64,000 bases of DNA. Source: an uncultured Rickettsiales bacterium. Lineage in GTDB: Bacteria; Pseudomonadota; Alphaproteobacteria; Rickettsiales; SXRF01. The stretch spans positions 102,229 to 166,228 of the forward strand of contig CAZHUC010000005.1 of assembly GCA_964535825.1 (NCBI GenBank). The letters are read 5' to 3'. A model generated the notes under the pieces. It was given only the letters and a program-made list of their open reading frames with translations, had not been told where the DNA came from and ran no database searches. This document shows positions 19,635 to 29,018 of the stretch, piece by piece (within the stretch, counting starts at the first letter, position 1; each line of letters begins with the position of its first letter). A program made the translations under genes and the position numbers.

Positions 19635-20870
19635 ATGCCAGCACTTGCGCCGTCACCTTTCACACCTTCCGAGTACCCTGCCCTGCAACCTGTTGCTGGC
19701 GTGACGCTGGCTGCAGCTGCCTGCGGCATACGTTACGAGAACCGTGTGGACGTATTGCTTGCACATTTGGAAGAAGGCACGCAAGTCGCGGGTGTGTTTA
19801 CCAATTCACTCACAGCATCCGCCTCTGTGCTTGCCTGCCGTGAGTCATTGAAGTTAGGCGCGGCACGTTTGCTGGTGGTTAATTCAGGCAATTCCAATGC
19901 ATTCACCGGCAAATCTGGCGATGCATCGGTTAGCCGTATCATCGAAGCGTGCGCCAAGGAATTCGGCTGCAAACCATCCGAGATATTTACTGCATCCACA
20001 GGTGTCATTGGCGAAAAATTGCCAGACAACAAGATCACCGATGCGCTTCCGGCACTAAAACAATCCCTTGCTGCTGATGATTGGGATGCGGCGGCACGCG
20101 CCATCATGACCACCGACACCTACCCGAAAATGGCAAGCGCCAGCACAGATATTGGTGGCAAGACCATTACCATCAACGGCATCGCCAAAGGCTCAGGCAT
20201 GATCGCACCTGACATGGCGACCATGCTGTCATTCGTATTCACCGATGCGAATATTCCTGCCGTGATCCTTCAGGAATTACTGGCTAAAGCGAATGACTCC
20301 ACCTTCAACTGCATCAGTGTGGATGGCGACACCTCCACCAGCGATACCTTGCTGGCATTCGCCACCGGCAAGGCAGGAAATGCTGCACCAAAAGCAGCAA
20401 CTGACCCTGCCCTTGCGGCTTTTGCCATTGCACTGCATGGCGTGCTGCATGAGCTGGCACAACATGTGGTAAAGGATGGTGAAGGCGCAGAAAAACTGGT
20501 GACCATCACCGTATCAGGCGCAGCCACAGAACAGGCAGCAAAACGCATCGGCATGAGCATTGCCAACTCGCCGCTGGTAAAAACAGCACTCGCCGCATCA
20601 GATGCTAACTGGGGGCGTATCGTGATGGCAGTCGGCAAAGCCGGTGAACGCGCAGACCGCGATAAGCTCGCGATTAAAATTGGTGGTGTCGTGGTAGCAG
20701 AAAAAGGGGAAGCCGCCGCAAATTATAAAGAAGCGGACATCAATGCTCATATGCAGGGACGCAATATCCTGATCGAGGTTGATGTTGGTGTTGGAAACTG
20801 TAAGTCTACTGTCTGGACATGCGACCTGACGCACCGTTATATTGATATCAATGGGAGTTACAGGACTTAG
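19635..20870 (+). CDS. argJ: Bifunctional glutamate N-acetyltransferase / amino-acid acetyltransferase ArgJ
   Basis: 411 aa with KGSGMIAPDMATMLSF autoprocessing site, SVDGDTSTSDT, and C-terminal YIDINGSYRT. Confidence 0.92.
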   Translation: MPALAPSPFTPSEYPALQPVAGVTLAAAACGIRYENRVDVLLAHLEEGTQVAGVFTNSLTASASVLACRESLKLGAARLLVVNSGNSNAFTGKSGDASVSRIIEACAKEFGCKPSEIFTASTGVIGEKLPDNKITDALPALKQSLAADDWDAAARAIMTTDTYPKMASASTDIGGKTITINGIAKGSGMIAPDMATMLSFVFTDANIPAVILQELLAKANDSTFNCISVDGDTSTSDTLLAFATGKAGNAAPKAATDPALAAFAIALHGVLHELAQHVVKDGEGAEKLVTITVSGAATEQAAKRIGMSIANSPLVKTALAASDANWGRIVMAVGKAGERADRDKLAIKIGGVVVAEKGEAAANYKEADINAHMQGRNILIEVDVGVGNCKSTVWTCDLTHRYIDINGSYRT

Positions 20871-20873
20871 AGA

Positions 20874-21221
20874 TCAGCCCTTAGCTGCAGTGCGACTTAC
20901 TGTTTGCGCTTCTTCAATAAGAGCCTGCTTCGGCTTGTCAAACTTTATGTTTGGAAAACCTTGCTCTACCGCAGCGAGCAATCTACGATATTCATCCACT
21001 GTCTTGAATCCGTACATTGTCCGTCGTGTACCATCTTTCTCGCCTGTGGTTTCCAAGTGAATAACCCGAGCTTCTTGCTGACCTATTATATTGTCTACCA
21101 AGGTAGCATATGCTTCAAAATCACGGCCTTGTGTAGGCAAAGTAAACTTCACCGTGTATTTAATAATTGAATCCGGTGGAAGTTTTTCAAGTTCTACTTT
21201 TACTAAAAATGGTTTGCTCAT
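20874..21221 (-). CDS. Hypothetical protein, 115 aa, no family recognised
   Basis: ATG ORF in an A+T-richer insert between argJ and mutT, on the opposite strand to both. Confidence 0.4.
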   Translation of the reverse strand: MSKPFLVKVELEKLPPDSIIKYTVKFTLPTQGRDFEAYATLVDNIIGQQEARVIHLETTGEKDGTRRTMYGFKTVDEYRRLLAAVEQGFPNIKFDKPKQALIEEAQTVSRTAAKG

Positions 21222-21299
21222 TTTCCACTCCAGTTTATATTGATTGGTACTTTATAGTCTAATGTGATGACAAATCAACCAATAAGTTAATTATTCTTA

Positions 21300-21713
21300 A
21301 TGAAAACATTACTCGTAGTTGCTGCTGCCCTGATTAATGACAAGGACGAAGTCCTCCTCGCACAAAGGCCTGAGGGCAAGCGCCTGAGCGGGAAATGGGA
21401 GTTTCCCGGCGGCAAGGTCGAAGGCAGCGAATCACCAGAATTTGCGCTGGCGCGCGAGCTGCGCGAAGAGCTGGGTATTGAGGTGGAAGCACGCGATCTT
21501 GAGCCTTTCTGGTTCTTGTCGCATGATTACAGCAAGGAATTCAATTTCCACCTGCTGATGCCGGTCTATACCTGCCGTATCTGGCAGGGCGAGCCTAAAC
21601 CTTTATTCCATAATGCACTGATGTGGGAACTTCCGCGTGAGATGCATCATGTGGATATGATCGAAGCTGATGCCGAGCTGGTAGAACGCTTAGCAGAATA
21701 TCTGGATAATTAA
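21300..21713 (+). CDS. mutT: Nudix hydrolase, MutT-type (8-oxo-dGTP diphosphatase-like)
   Basis: Nudix box GKWEFPGGKVEGSESPEFALARELREELGI. Confidence 0.8.
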   Translation: MKTLLVVAAALINDKDEVLLAQRPEGKRLSGKWEFPGGKVEGSESPEFALARELREELGIEVEARDLEPFWFLSHDYSKEFNFHLLMPVYTCRIWQGEPKPLFHNALMWELPREMHHVDMIEADAELVERLAEYLDN

Positions 21714-22510
21714 TCCTTCCACGCGGTCATAGTAACTAATTCCAGAGTAGCGTTAATCCGTCCTTCCTCATTAGAAAAATGCCGCATATAGTGATCTGCC
21801 ATGGTCATGATAATGGAGCATGGCGTGAAATATTTCTGGCTGTGGATAAGTGCGTTCGCCTCTCCCATTGCGCGCAATTCTTTCAATAGCTTAAGTGGGT
21901 GATCATATTCCACACCCAGCACATCCGTATCGATCACCGGGTGGGAAAATCCCGCACGCGAAAGCAGTGATCCCATCTCCCTCGCATCGACAAATGGTGA
22001 AATGCGCGGGCTGATGCCATCCCTTATCCCCATCTCGGCTTTTTCAAAAGAGTGGCGCAGTTCCTTCAATGTCTCGCCACCGGGTACGATAGCAATGAAG
22101 ACGCCTCCCGGTTTCAATGACCGTCTTATCTGGATCAAAGCACCCGGCAAGTCATTGACCCAATGCAAAGATCCTAAAGTTATACACAGGTCAAAACAGT
22201 TTTCGGCAAAGGGTAGGAACTCCTCATCAGCTACCAAACGGATACCGGTGATTCGCGAAGTCATATCATACGACATATCGGACTGCACCAGTGTTTTAAT
22301 ACCGAAACGCCCCTTCACCACACGCCCAAACGTGCCGGCATGTGCGCCCAGATCGAGCGTGCACGGAAATTCCCTATTCAGCTCTTCCAATTTCTCGCAC
22401 ACACGCTGCGTCATTTCCTGTTTCAGGAAATCATCCCCACCATTCTTTGCTGCCCGCTGCCGGTGCAGGCGGACGCGTTTGCGGTTGAAAATGATCGGGT
22501 CGTTGGTCAT
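21710..22510 (-). CDS. Class I SAM-dependent methyltransferase
   Basis: Motif I region LDLGAHAGTFG and post-I/II regions (FDLCITLGSLHWVNDLPG, LKPGGVFIA). Confidence 0.75.
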   Translation of the reverse strand: MTNDPIIFNRKRVRLHRQRAAKNGGDDFLKQEMTQRVCEKLEELNREFPCTLDLGAHAGTFGRVVKGRFGIKTLVQSDMSYDMTSRITGIRLVADEEFLPFAENCFDLCITLGSLHWVNDLPGALIQIRRSLKPGGVFIAIVPGGETLKELRHSFEKAEMGIRDGISPRISPFVDAREMGSLLSRAGFSHPVIDTDVLGVEYDHPLKLLKELRAMGEANALIHSQKYFTPCSIIMTMADHYMRHFSNEEGRINATLELVTMTAWKD

Positions 22511-22553
22511 GGATATAAGGATTGGGCGATAGAAAAAATGATATTTTCCATTT

Positions 22554-22588
22554 ATAACCTAACAGCTATAACCCACAACCCATAACCC
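22554..22588 (+). repeat. Heptamer repeats ATAACCC-ACAACCC-ATAACCC (22568-22588) plus degenerate ATAACCT (22554-22560), abutting the comF ATG
   Basis: Read directly. Three tandem copies end at the nucleotide before the start codon. No Shine-Dalgarno is visible. Confidence 0.6.
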
Positions 22589-23287
22589 ATGCTGCTTGAT
22601 CTTATCTTTCCGCCGCAATGCCTGATCTGCCGCTCACGCGTGGATGCCCATGGCACGCTCTGCCTGGAATGCTGGAAGAATGTACATTTTATTACAGAGC
22701 CTTACTGCGGATGCTGCGGCCTGCCCTTTGATTTTGACCTGGGTAATGATGCCATGTGCGGCGAATGTATCCAGAAACGCCCAGATTTTTCACGCGCAAG
22801 GGCCGCTTTTAAATATGATGACAGCAGCAGCAAGCTGGTAACAGCCCTTAAATACAATGACCAGTTGCATCTGGCATCTATCTACGGGAAATGGCTACAT
22901 AAGGCAGGAAAAGAATTGCTGGCAGCAAGCGACCTGATCGTACCTGTCCCCCTGCACTGGAAGCGGTTTGCCAGCCGGCGCTACAACCAGGCCGCGTTGC
23001 TCGCTTACGCACTGGGCAAGGAGTGCGGGCTACAAGTGCTCCCTGATGCATTAAAACGCATCAAACCGACACAGCCGCAGACCGGACTCACACGCAACGA
23101 GAGAGAAAAAAATGTGCGTGGCGCATTTGCCGTCAATCCTAAACATTTTAAGCATATTAAGGGCAAATCTATATTACTGGTGGATGATGTACTAACCACT
23201 TCAGCTACCGTGGATCAATGCACAAGAATCTTGATGGGTCAGGACGCAGCAGCGGTTAGCGTGCTTACGCTTGCGCGTAAAATATGA
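22589..23287 (+). CDS. comF: ComF-family phosphoribosyltransferase-domain protein
   Basis: N-terminal Cys clusters (C..C...C..C, CGCCG, CGEC) and C-terminal PRTase motif ILLVDDVLTTSAT. Confidence 0.8.
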   Translation: MLLDLIFPPQCLICRSRVDAHGTLCLECWKNVHFITEPYCGCCGLPFDFDLGNDAMCGECIQKRPDFSRARAAFKYDDSSSKLVTALKYNDQLHLASIYGKWLHKAGKELLAASDLIVPVPLHWKRFASRRYNQAALLAYALGKECGLQVLPDALKRIKPTQPQTGLTRNEREKNVRGAFAVNPKHFKHIKGKSILLVDDVLTTSATVDQCTRILMGQDAAAVSVLTLARKI

Positions 23288-23371
23288 TCATAATTTAGAA
23301 GAAAATTAACGTCTCTGGATTACTGTAATAGAAACTCCATCTGACAAAAAAATAACGCACGGGAAACATCC

Positions 23372-24154
23372 ATGACCGGATACTTCGGCAAGTCTTTATT
23401 CACTGCATTTCTAAGTATATTCATCTGTGTTGCCGCGCCTGCATTGGCGCAGGGCCAGAAAACCATTGTCATCGCTGCTGATGAATGGTGTCCGATCAAC
23501 TGTGAGGCTAATGGCAAACGGCAAGGCGTTGGTATCGACCTGGCCCGCGCGATATTCGAACCTCTGGGCTACAAGGTCAATTACACGGTGATGCCGTGGG
23601 CGGAAGCACTCAAACAAGTTCGAGCAGGTAAAATATCAGCCGTGGTAGGCGCTAGCAGAACTGATAGCAAGTCTCTTATATTCCCTGATAATCCTATAAG
23701 CGAGGTCAGTGATAATTTTTATATCCGCACCGGTAGCCCCTGGCGATATCAAGGCCCGCATACGCTTAAGAACCGACGTATAGGCATCACTCAGGATTAC
23801 GGATATGGCGATGTCATGACCCGTTTCATTGCCCAGAATAAATTCACTGCTGATGTGTTATATGTCGCAAAAGGTACAACCCCTCTCAAAGACAATATCG
23901 ATAGACTGCTGAATGGAAAGATCGACATATTGGTAGAAAGCAAGGTCGTCATGGATTACACGATCAGAAATGAAAGACTCTCTGACAAGATCGTTTGGGC
24001 TGGAAGCGCGCCACAGGACTATGTGTATCTTGCTTTTTCTCCTGCCCTGCCACAATCCAAACAACTCGCCGCAGTCTATGATGCCGCCATACGCAGCATG
24101 AAAACCAATGGCAGACTGAAGCAGTTCTATGCTTCTTACGGCATGACACCTTAG
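23372..24154 (+). CDS. Periplasmic solute-binding protein (family-3/amino-acid type), orphan
   Basis: Signal peptide ending in AAPALAQG. The GIDLARAIFEPLGYKV..MPWAEALKQVRAGKISAVVG pattern fits SBP_bac_3-like proteins. No adjacent permease or ATPase. Confidence 0.7.
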   Translation: MTGYFGKSLFTAFLSIFICVAAPALAQGQKTIVIAADEWCPINCEANGKRQGVGIDLARAIFEPLGYKVNYTVMPWAEALKQVRAGKISAVVGASRTDSKSLIFPDNPISEVSDNFYIRTGSPWRYQGPHTLKNRRIGITQDYGYGDVMTRFIAQNKFTADVLYVAKGTTPLKDNIDRLLNGKIDILVESKVVMDYTIRNERLSDKIVWAGSAPQDYVYLAFSPALPQSKQLAAVYDAAIRSMKTNGRLKQFYASYGMTP

Positions 24155-24216
24155 CAGCCGCATTCTCTCGATTTATATGAGCGCAGTAGCGCGAGTCAGC
24201 CATGAGCGCGTTTCAT

Positions 24217-24238
24217 GCGATGTTCAGCAGAACATCGC
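24217..24238. terminator. Hairpin between convergent SBP and metH-C genes (possible bidirectional terminator)
   Basis: Perfect 9-bp stem GCGATGTTC/GAACATCGC with a 4-nt loop. No clear U-tract on either strand. Confidence 0.35.
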
Positions 24239-24246
24239 GGAAACAT

Positions 24247-25983
24247 TTATATATTAAAATACTTCGCCTGCGGGTGATGCACCACAATGGCCGAGGTGGA
24301 GGCCTCCGGATGCAGCTGGAATTCTTCAGAAAGTTCAATGCCTATTTTATCTGCACCGAGAAGCTTGAGTAATATCTTCTGGTCTTCCAGACGCGGGCAG
24401 GCCGGATAACCGAACGAATAGCGCGAGCCGCGATAGCCCTGTTTCACCAGTTTCTTCAGGTCGCGCTCGTCCTCATGGCCAAAACCAAGCTCTGCACGGA
24501 TGCGCTTGTGAATATATTCGGCCAAGCCCTCTGCCATCTCCACACCTAAACCGTGCAGATACAGATAATCCTGATACCGGTCGCCGGCGAACCACTGGCG
24601 TCCTATATCGGCCACGCGCTGCCCGGCAGTCACCACCTGCATGCCGATAACATCGCGCTCGCCGGAATCCACATCACGGAAGAAATCCGCCACGCAAACG
24701 CCGCCATCTTTTTCCTGCCGCGGCAGGTTGAATCTTCCGATCTCGTTATTTCCTGATTCATCGAACAGAATGACATCGTTGCCTTGCGACGCGCATTTGA
24801 AATAACCATACGCAGCCTTTGGCTGGATGATGTTATCCTTTTCACACTCGCCAAGCAGGCGCACAAGTATTGGCTTCACATCTGTTTCCACCCACTTCCA
24901 GTATTCTTCCAGTGACTTGCCGGATTTTTTGAAACCCCAGTGGAAGGTGTAAAGCATCTGCTCGTTGAGATACGGCACTAACGCCCGCATCGGCACGTTA
25001 TCAATGATGCGCGCACCCCAGAATGGCGGAGTTGGCACTGCAGTTTGTTTTGCCAGCTCTTCGCGTTTTAGTTTTATCGCTTCAAGTTCTACCGGTCTTA
25101 ATTCTGTGGCTGGTTTTGCTTCATGATTCGCCCAGCGCTGTTTTGCTTTTGCAGGTGTGGGCCGGTTATGTTTGCGTTTCTGTACTTCCTGTAGATAGGC
25201 GTCGAACTGCCCTGAAGCGATCTTGTTCATGAGATCAAGACCATCGAACGCATCCTGCGCATACGCCACACGGCCCGGACCATATGCCGACACGCAATCT
25301 TCTTCCACATAGGCGCGCGTGAGCGCTGCACCACCTAATAAGATAGGCACGTCATACCCTTGCTGTGTAAGTTCTTCTAAATTCTCACGCATGATGACAG
25401 TGGATTTCACAAGCAGGCCGGAAAGCCCTACGGCATCGGGTTTATGTTCCTGCACGGCGGTGATGATATTAGAGATCGGCACTTTAATGCCGAGATTGAG
25501 CACGCGATAACCATTGTTGGTAAGAATGATATCCACCAGATTCTTGCCGATATCGTGCACGTCGCCTTTTACCGTGGCGAGGATGATCGTCCCTTTTTGT
25601 TGCCCTTCGGTCTTTTCCATAAAAGGCTCAAGATACGCCACAGCTTTTTTCATGGTCTCGGCCGATTGCAGAACGAATGGCAGCTGCATCTTGCCTGCAC
25701 CGAACAACTCACCCACCACCTTCATGCCGGAAAGCAGGATATCATTGATGATCTCAAGCGGCGGATGGGTTTTCATCGCCTCGGCCAGATCTTCTTCCAG
25801 CCCCTTCTTATCACCATCAACGATGCGGTCTTTGAGGACTTCTTCGATGGTATCGGCACGTTGTTTCTTTTCTGCGGCCGCACCTTTCCTGCCTTCGAAC
25901 AAGGCAATGAAATACTGCAGCGGATCATACGGATCATCCGGCGTGCCAGCGGGTTTCTTGGGAATATGCGGATTATCGGTCAT
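24247..25983 (-). CDS. metH: Methionine synthase, C-terminal piece (B12-cap, B12-binding and AdoMet-activation domains)
   Basis: 578 aa with GDVHDIGKNLV (DxHxxG cobalamin ligand motif), SGLL, and an activation-domain C-terminus (RYSFGYPACP). Confidence 0.9.
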   Translation of the reverse strand: MTDNPHIPKKPAGTPDDPYDPLQYFIALFEGRKGAAAEKKQRADTIEEVLKDRIVDGDKKGLEEDLAEAMKTHPPLEIINDILLSGMKVVGELFGAGKMQLPFVLQSAETMKKAVAYLEPFMEKTEGQQKGTIILATVKGDVHDIGKNLVDIILTNNGYRVLNLGIKVPISNIITAVQEHKPDAVGLSGLLVKSTVIMRENLEELTQQGYDVPILLGGAALTRAYVEEDCVSAYGPGRVAYAQDAFDGLDLMNKIASGQFDAYLQEVQKRKHNRPTPAKAKQRWANHEAKPATELRPVELEAIKLKREELAKQTAVPTPPFWGARIIDNVPMRALVPYLNEQMLYTFHWGFKKSGKSLEEYWKWVETDVKPILVRLLGECEKDNIIQPKAAYGYFKCASQGNDVILFDESGNNEIGRFNLPRQEKDGGVCVADFFRDVDSGERDVIGMQVVTAGQRVADIGRQWFAGDRYQDYLYLHGLGVEMAEGLAEYIHKRIRAELGFGHEDERDLKKLVKQGYRGSRYSFGYPACPRLEDQKILLKLLGADKIGIELSEEFQLHPEASTSAIVVHHPQAKYFNI

Positions 25984-25992
25984 GCGTGGCCT

Positions 25993-26757
25993 TTACAACC
26001 CTTCATTCGGAATATCAAGTACACGTCCGCAATGCTTGCAATGCACCGCGTCACGATCATGCAACAACAACGCGCAATCCGGACATTTGTGGCGTACTTT
26101 ATGTGGCCTGAATACTGTTTGTATGAGGCGTATGAAAAGCGACACACCGAATATCATGATGATGACCGCGATGAGCTTGCCGCTGTCGCCTTTGAGCGTG
26201 ATATCCCCAAACCCTGTGGTGGTTAGTGTGGTAACGGTAAAATACAGTGCATCGATATAGTTCTTAACATCAGAATTACTTCCAACCTGCGATTCAAAGA
26301 CCACCGCCGTCATCACAAAAATAAAAATGAGCAGGTTGGTAGCGGACAGCACCACATCTTCATATCGGCGAAAGTAAGCAAAATCTGCACGCAGATGTTT
26401 AAGCACCGTGTAAGAACGCAGCAGCCTGAGCAGGCGCGCTACACGAAGGAACGCCATATTTTCATCTACTAGCGGAGCAAGTAATGAAACGATGGTGAGT
26501 ATATCTGCAACACCGTAAGGGCTCACAAAAAAAGCGGTCTTATTCGCAGCAATAGTGAACCGTGCGGATACATCGGCAGTAACCAGCACACCCACCACCA
26601 TATCCAGCCATTCGATCAATGGCGAACCGTAGAAGAATGATGAGGCAAAAAGATAAAAGATGATCAGCACATCGAACGCAAGCATGCCATAACGGAAGCG
26701 CTTGGCACGCGTTTCGTCGCTTTCATAAAGGTATGTCAATTTCTCTTTTAATGTCAT
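25993..26757 (-). CDS. Voltage-sensor-containing K+ channel (6-TM type) with C-terminal Cys4 zinc ribbon
   Basis: Selectivity filter TVTTLTTTGFGD. S4-like LRVARLLRLLRSYTVLKHLR. C-terminus CPDC...CKHC. Start trimmed to MTLKEK (ATG 26755-26757 checked), so the gene does not overlap the rhodanese gene. Confidence 0.8.
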   Translation of the reverse strand: MTLKEKLTYLYESDETRAKRFRYGMLAFDVLIIFYLFASSFFYGSPLIEWLDMVVGVLVTADVSARFTIAANKTAFFVSPYGVADILTIVSLLAPLVDENMAFLRVARLLRLLRSYTVLKHLRADFAYFRRYEDVVLSATNLLIFIFVMTAVVFESQVGSNSDVKNYIDALYFTVTTLTTTGFGDITLKGDSGKLIAVIIMIFGVSLFIRLIQTVFRPHKVRHKCPDCALLLHDRDAVHCKHCGRVLDIPNEGL

Positions 26758-26758
26758 A

Positions 26759-27130
26759 TCAGCCACGCACCACCGGGAATCCACGTTCATTCCAGCCGCG
26801 CCAACCACCGGCCATGGAAAGCACATTGGTATAACCCATTTTTTGCAGCGCATCTGCGGCAAGCGCCGAACGATAACCGCCACCGCAATAAAGCACCATC
26901 GGCGTCGCTTTATCCGGCACTTTGGATTCGATATAACATTCAATAATACCCTTGCTCAGGTGCACACTACCCGGAATATTTCCCGCTGCGAATTCTGATT
27001 CTTCACGCGTATCAATGAGCAAGAATGGAACGGACTTCTGCATGTTCGCCAGCACTTCTTCCGCACTGATCTCACGGATGCGCGTCTTTGCATCATCCAC
27101 CAAAGTTAAGAAGGCCGAATTATGGTTCAT
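26759..27130 (-). CDS. Single-domain rhodanese (sulfurtransferase)
   Basis: 123 aa with LIDTREESEF and active-site loop YCGGGYRS. ATGA start/stop overlap with metH-N. Confidence 0.85.
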   Translation of the reverse strand: MNHNSAFLTLVDDAKTRIREISAEEVLANMQKSVPFLLIDTREESEFAAGNIPGSVHLSKGIIECYIESKVPDKATPMVLYCGGGYRSALAADALQKMGYTNVLSMAGGWRGWNERGFPVVRG

Positions 27131-28965
27131 GCTGCATTCTCCATAGGGCTGCGCCGGTCATAGATCAGGTCTTCTGCTGCCTGCACTTCATGCGCAGGAA
27201 TTTTATGTAAGGGAGCAATTTTGCTCACATGGATGATCGCACCCGTCATGCCGCGCTTGCTGGCATGGTCGAGATACACCGAGTTCAGCACATGCCGTGC
27301 CGCCGGATTCAACCCGAAAGATATATTGGATAAACCAAGAATGATCTGGATATCCGGCAATTCTTTATGAATGCGCTCGATGGCTTCGAGCGTCCACAAT
27401 CCGAGTTTGCGGTCATCTTCATTACCGGTGCAGATGGTAAATGTCAGCGGGTCGATCATTAGGTCTGATGGCGGCAGGCCATACCCCTCGCAACAGAATT
27501 TATACAGGCGGTGTGCGATCTCCACTTTCCTGTCCACATCCTTGGCCATGCCTTCTTCATCGATGGTAAGGGCGATCACCGCCGCGCCATATTTCTTGGC
27601 GAGCTTCATGCGTTTATGTGCAGGTTCTTCGCCATCTTCAAAGTTGATGGAGTTGATGATCGCTTTACCGCCATATAATTTGAGTGCCGATTCCAGCACG
27701 ATAAGTTCGGTAGAGTCGATAACAAGCGGTGCAGTAACCGAACCACGCAGGCGAGATACCATAGCACTCATATCATGCACTTCGTCACGACCAACAAATG
27801 CCGTGCATATATCCAGCGTATGCGAGCCTTCTTTCACTTGTTCTTTGGCCATATCGATGCAGGTATCCCAATCCTCGCGGTCCTGCGCTTCACGGAATTT
27901 CTTTGAACCATTCGCATTGCAGCGTTCGCCGATGGCAAGAATGGCATTATCCTGCCGCAGTTCCGTCTGCTGGTAGAGCGATGCCACCGATGGTATCCAG
28001 TGATATTTGCGCGCAGCTGGTGTAGGCCTGCGCTTACCGCCTTCCTGCTTTGCAAGCATCGCATGAAGGGCGGCAATATGATTCTCGTTCGTACCGCAGC
28101 ATCCACCGATGATGTTGATGCCATCTTCCTTGAGGAAGCGCTCCATCCAGCGTGACATTTCCTCTGGCCCAAGCGGAAAATGCACGTGCCCCTGATGCAT
28201 TTCAGGCAAACCGGCATTCGGAAGCACAGAAATCTTATGCGGCCAGTTCTGCGAAAGCCAGCGCACATGATCGGCCATTTCTTGCGGGCCGGTCGCGCAG
28301 TTCAGTCCTAAGCTGAATACATCGAGCGCATGAATAATGGTGGCCGCTGCCGCAATATCGCTGCCCACCAGCATCGTGCCTGTGGTCTCCACCGTCACCT
28401 GCACCATGATGGGCAGTGTGTTGCCGGTTTTATTCATGGCACTTTTTGCACCGTTCACTGCTGCTTTAATTTGCAGCGGGTCTTGTGCGGTCTCGATTAG
28501 GAAGGCATCGGCTTTACCTTCAATAAGCCCGTGCGCCTGCAACGCGAAGGATGCTTCCAGCGCATCATAATCGATATGGCCAAGGCTTGGCAGTTTCGTG
28601 CCCGGGCCAATAGCACCCACCACAAAACGTGGCCTGCCATCATGCGCAAATTCTGCGATCGCCTCATGCGCCAGCTCGCAGGCGCGGCGATTGATCTCAA
28701 CCGTTTTGTCAGTAAGATCGAACTCCCCAAGCGTGATGGACGAACCGCCAAAGGTATTAGTTTCAAGCGCATCTGCGCCGGCTGCCAGGTATTTCTTGTG
28801 CACATCACGCACAAAATCCGGCCGCGAGAGGTTCAGGATCTCCGAACAGTTCTCCTGCCCCCAGTAATCCTTCTCCACATCGAGGTTAACACCTTGTATC
28901 TGCGTGCCCATTGCGCCATCGAGCAGCATCACCTCTGATTCGATAAATTCAGCAAAACGGCTCAT
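27127..28965 (-). CDS. metH: Methionine synthase, N-terminal piece (homocysteine S-methyltransferase and pterin-binding domains)
   Basis: 612 aa with LLDGAMGT, GGCCGT (zinc Cys pair), and a pterin-binding barrel region (LDICTAF, IDSTE, INSI). Confidence 0.9.
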   Translation of the reverse strand: MSRFAEFIESEVMLLDGAMGTQIQGVNLDVEKDYWGQENCSEILNLSRPDFVRDVHKKYLAAGADALETNTFGGSSITLGEFDLTDKTVEINRRACELAHEAIAEFAHDGRPRFVVGAIGPGTKLPSLGHIDYDALEASFALQAHGLIEGKADAFLIETAQDPLQIKAAVNGAKSAMNKTGNTLPIMVQVTVETTGTMLVGSDIAAAATIIHALDVFSLGLNCATGPQEMADHVRWLSQNWPHKISVLPNAGLPEMHQGHVHFPLGPEEMSRWMERFLKEDGINIIGGCCGTNENHIAALHAMLAKQEGGKRRPTPAARKYHWIPSVASLYQQTELRQDNAILAIGERCNANGSKKFREAQDREDWDTCIDMAKEQVKEGSHTLDICTAFVGRDEVHDMSAMVSRLRGSVTAPLVIDSTELIVLESALKLYGGKAIINSINFEDGEEPAHKRMKLAKKYGAAVIALTIDEEGMAKDVDRKVEIAHRLYKFCCEGYGLPPSDLMIDPLTFTICTGNEDDRKLGLWTLEAIERIHKELPDIQIILGLSNISFGLNPAARHVLNSVYLDHASKRGMTGAIIHVSKIAPLHKIPAHEVQAAEDLIYDRRSPMENAA

Positions 28966-29018
28966 TTTTTATCTTCCATGGACATGACAAGTTACGAATA
29001 TGTGCTATATAGTGGCTT

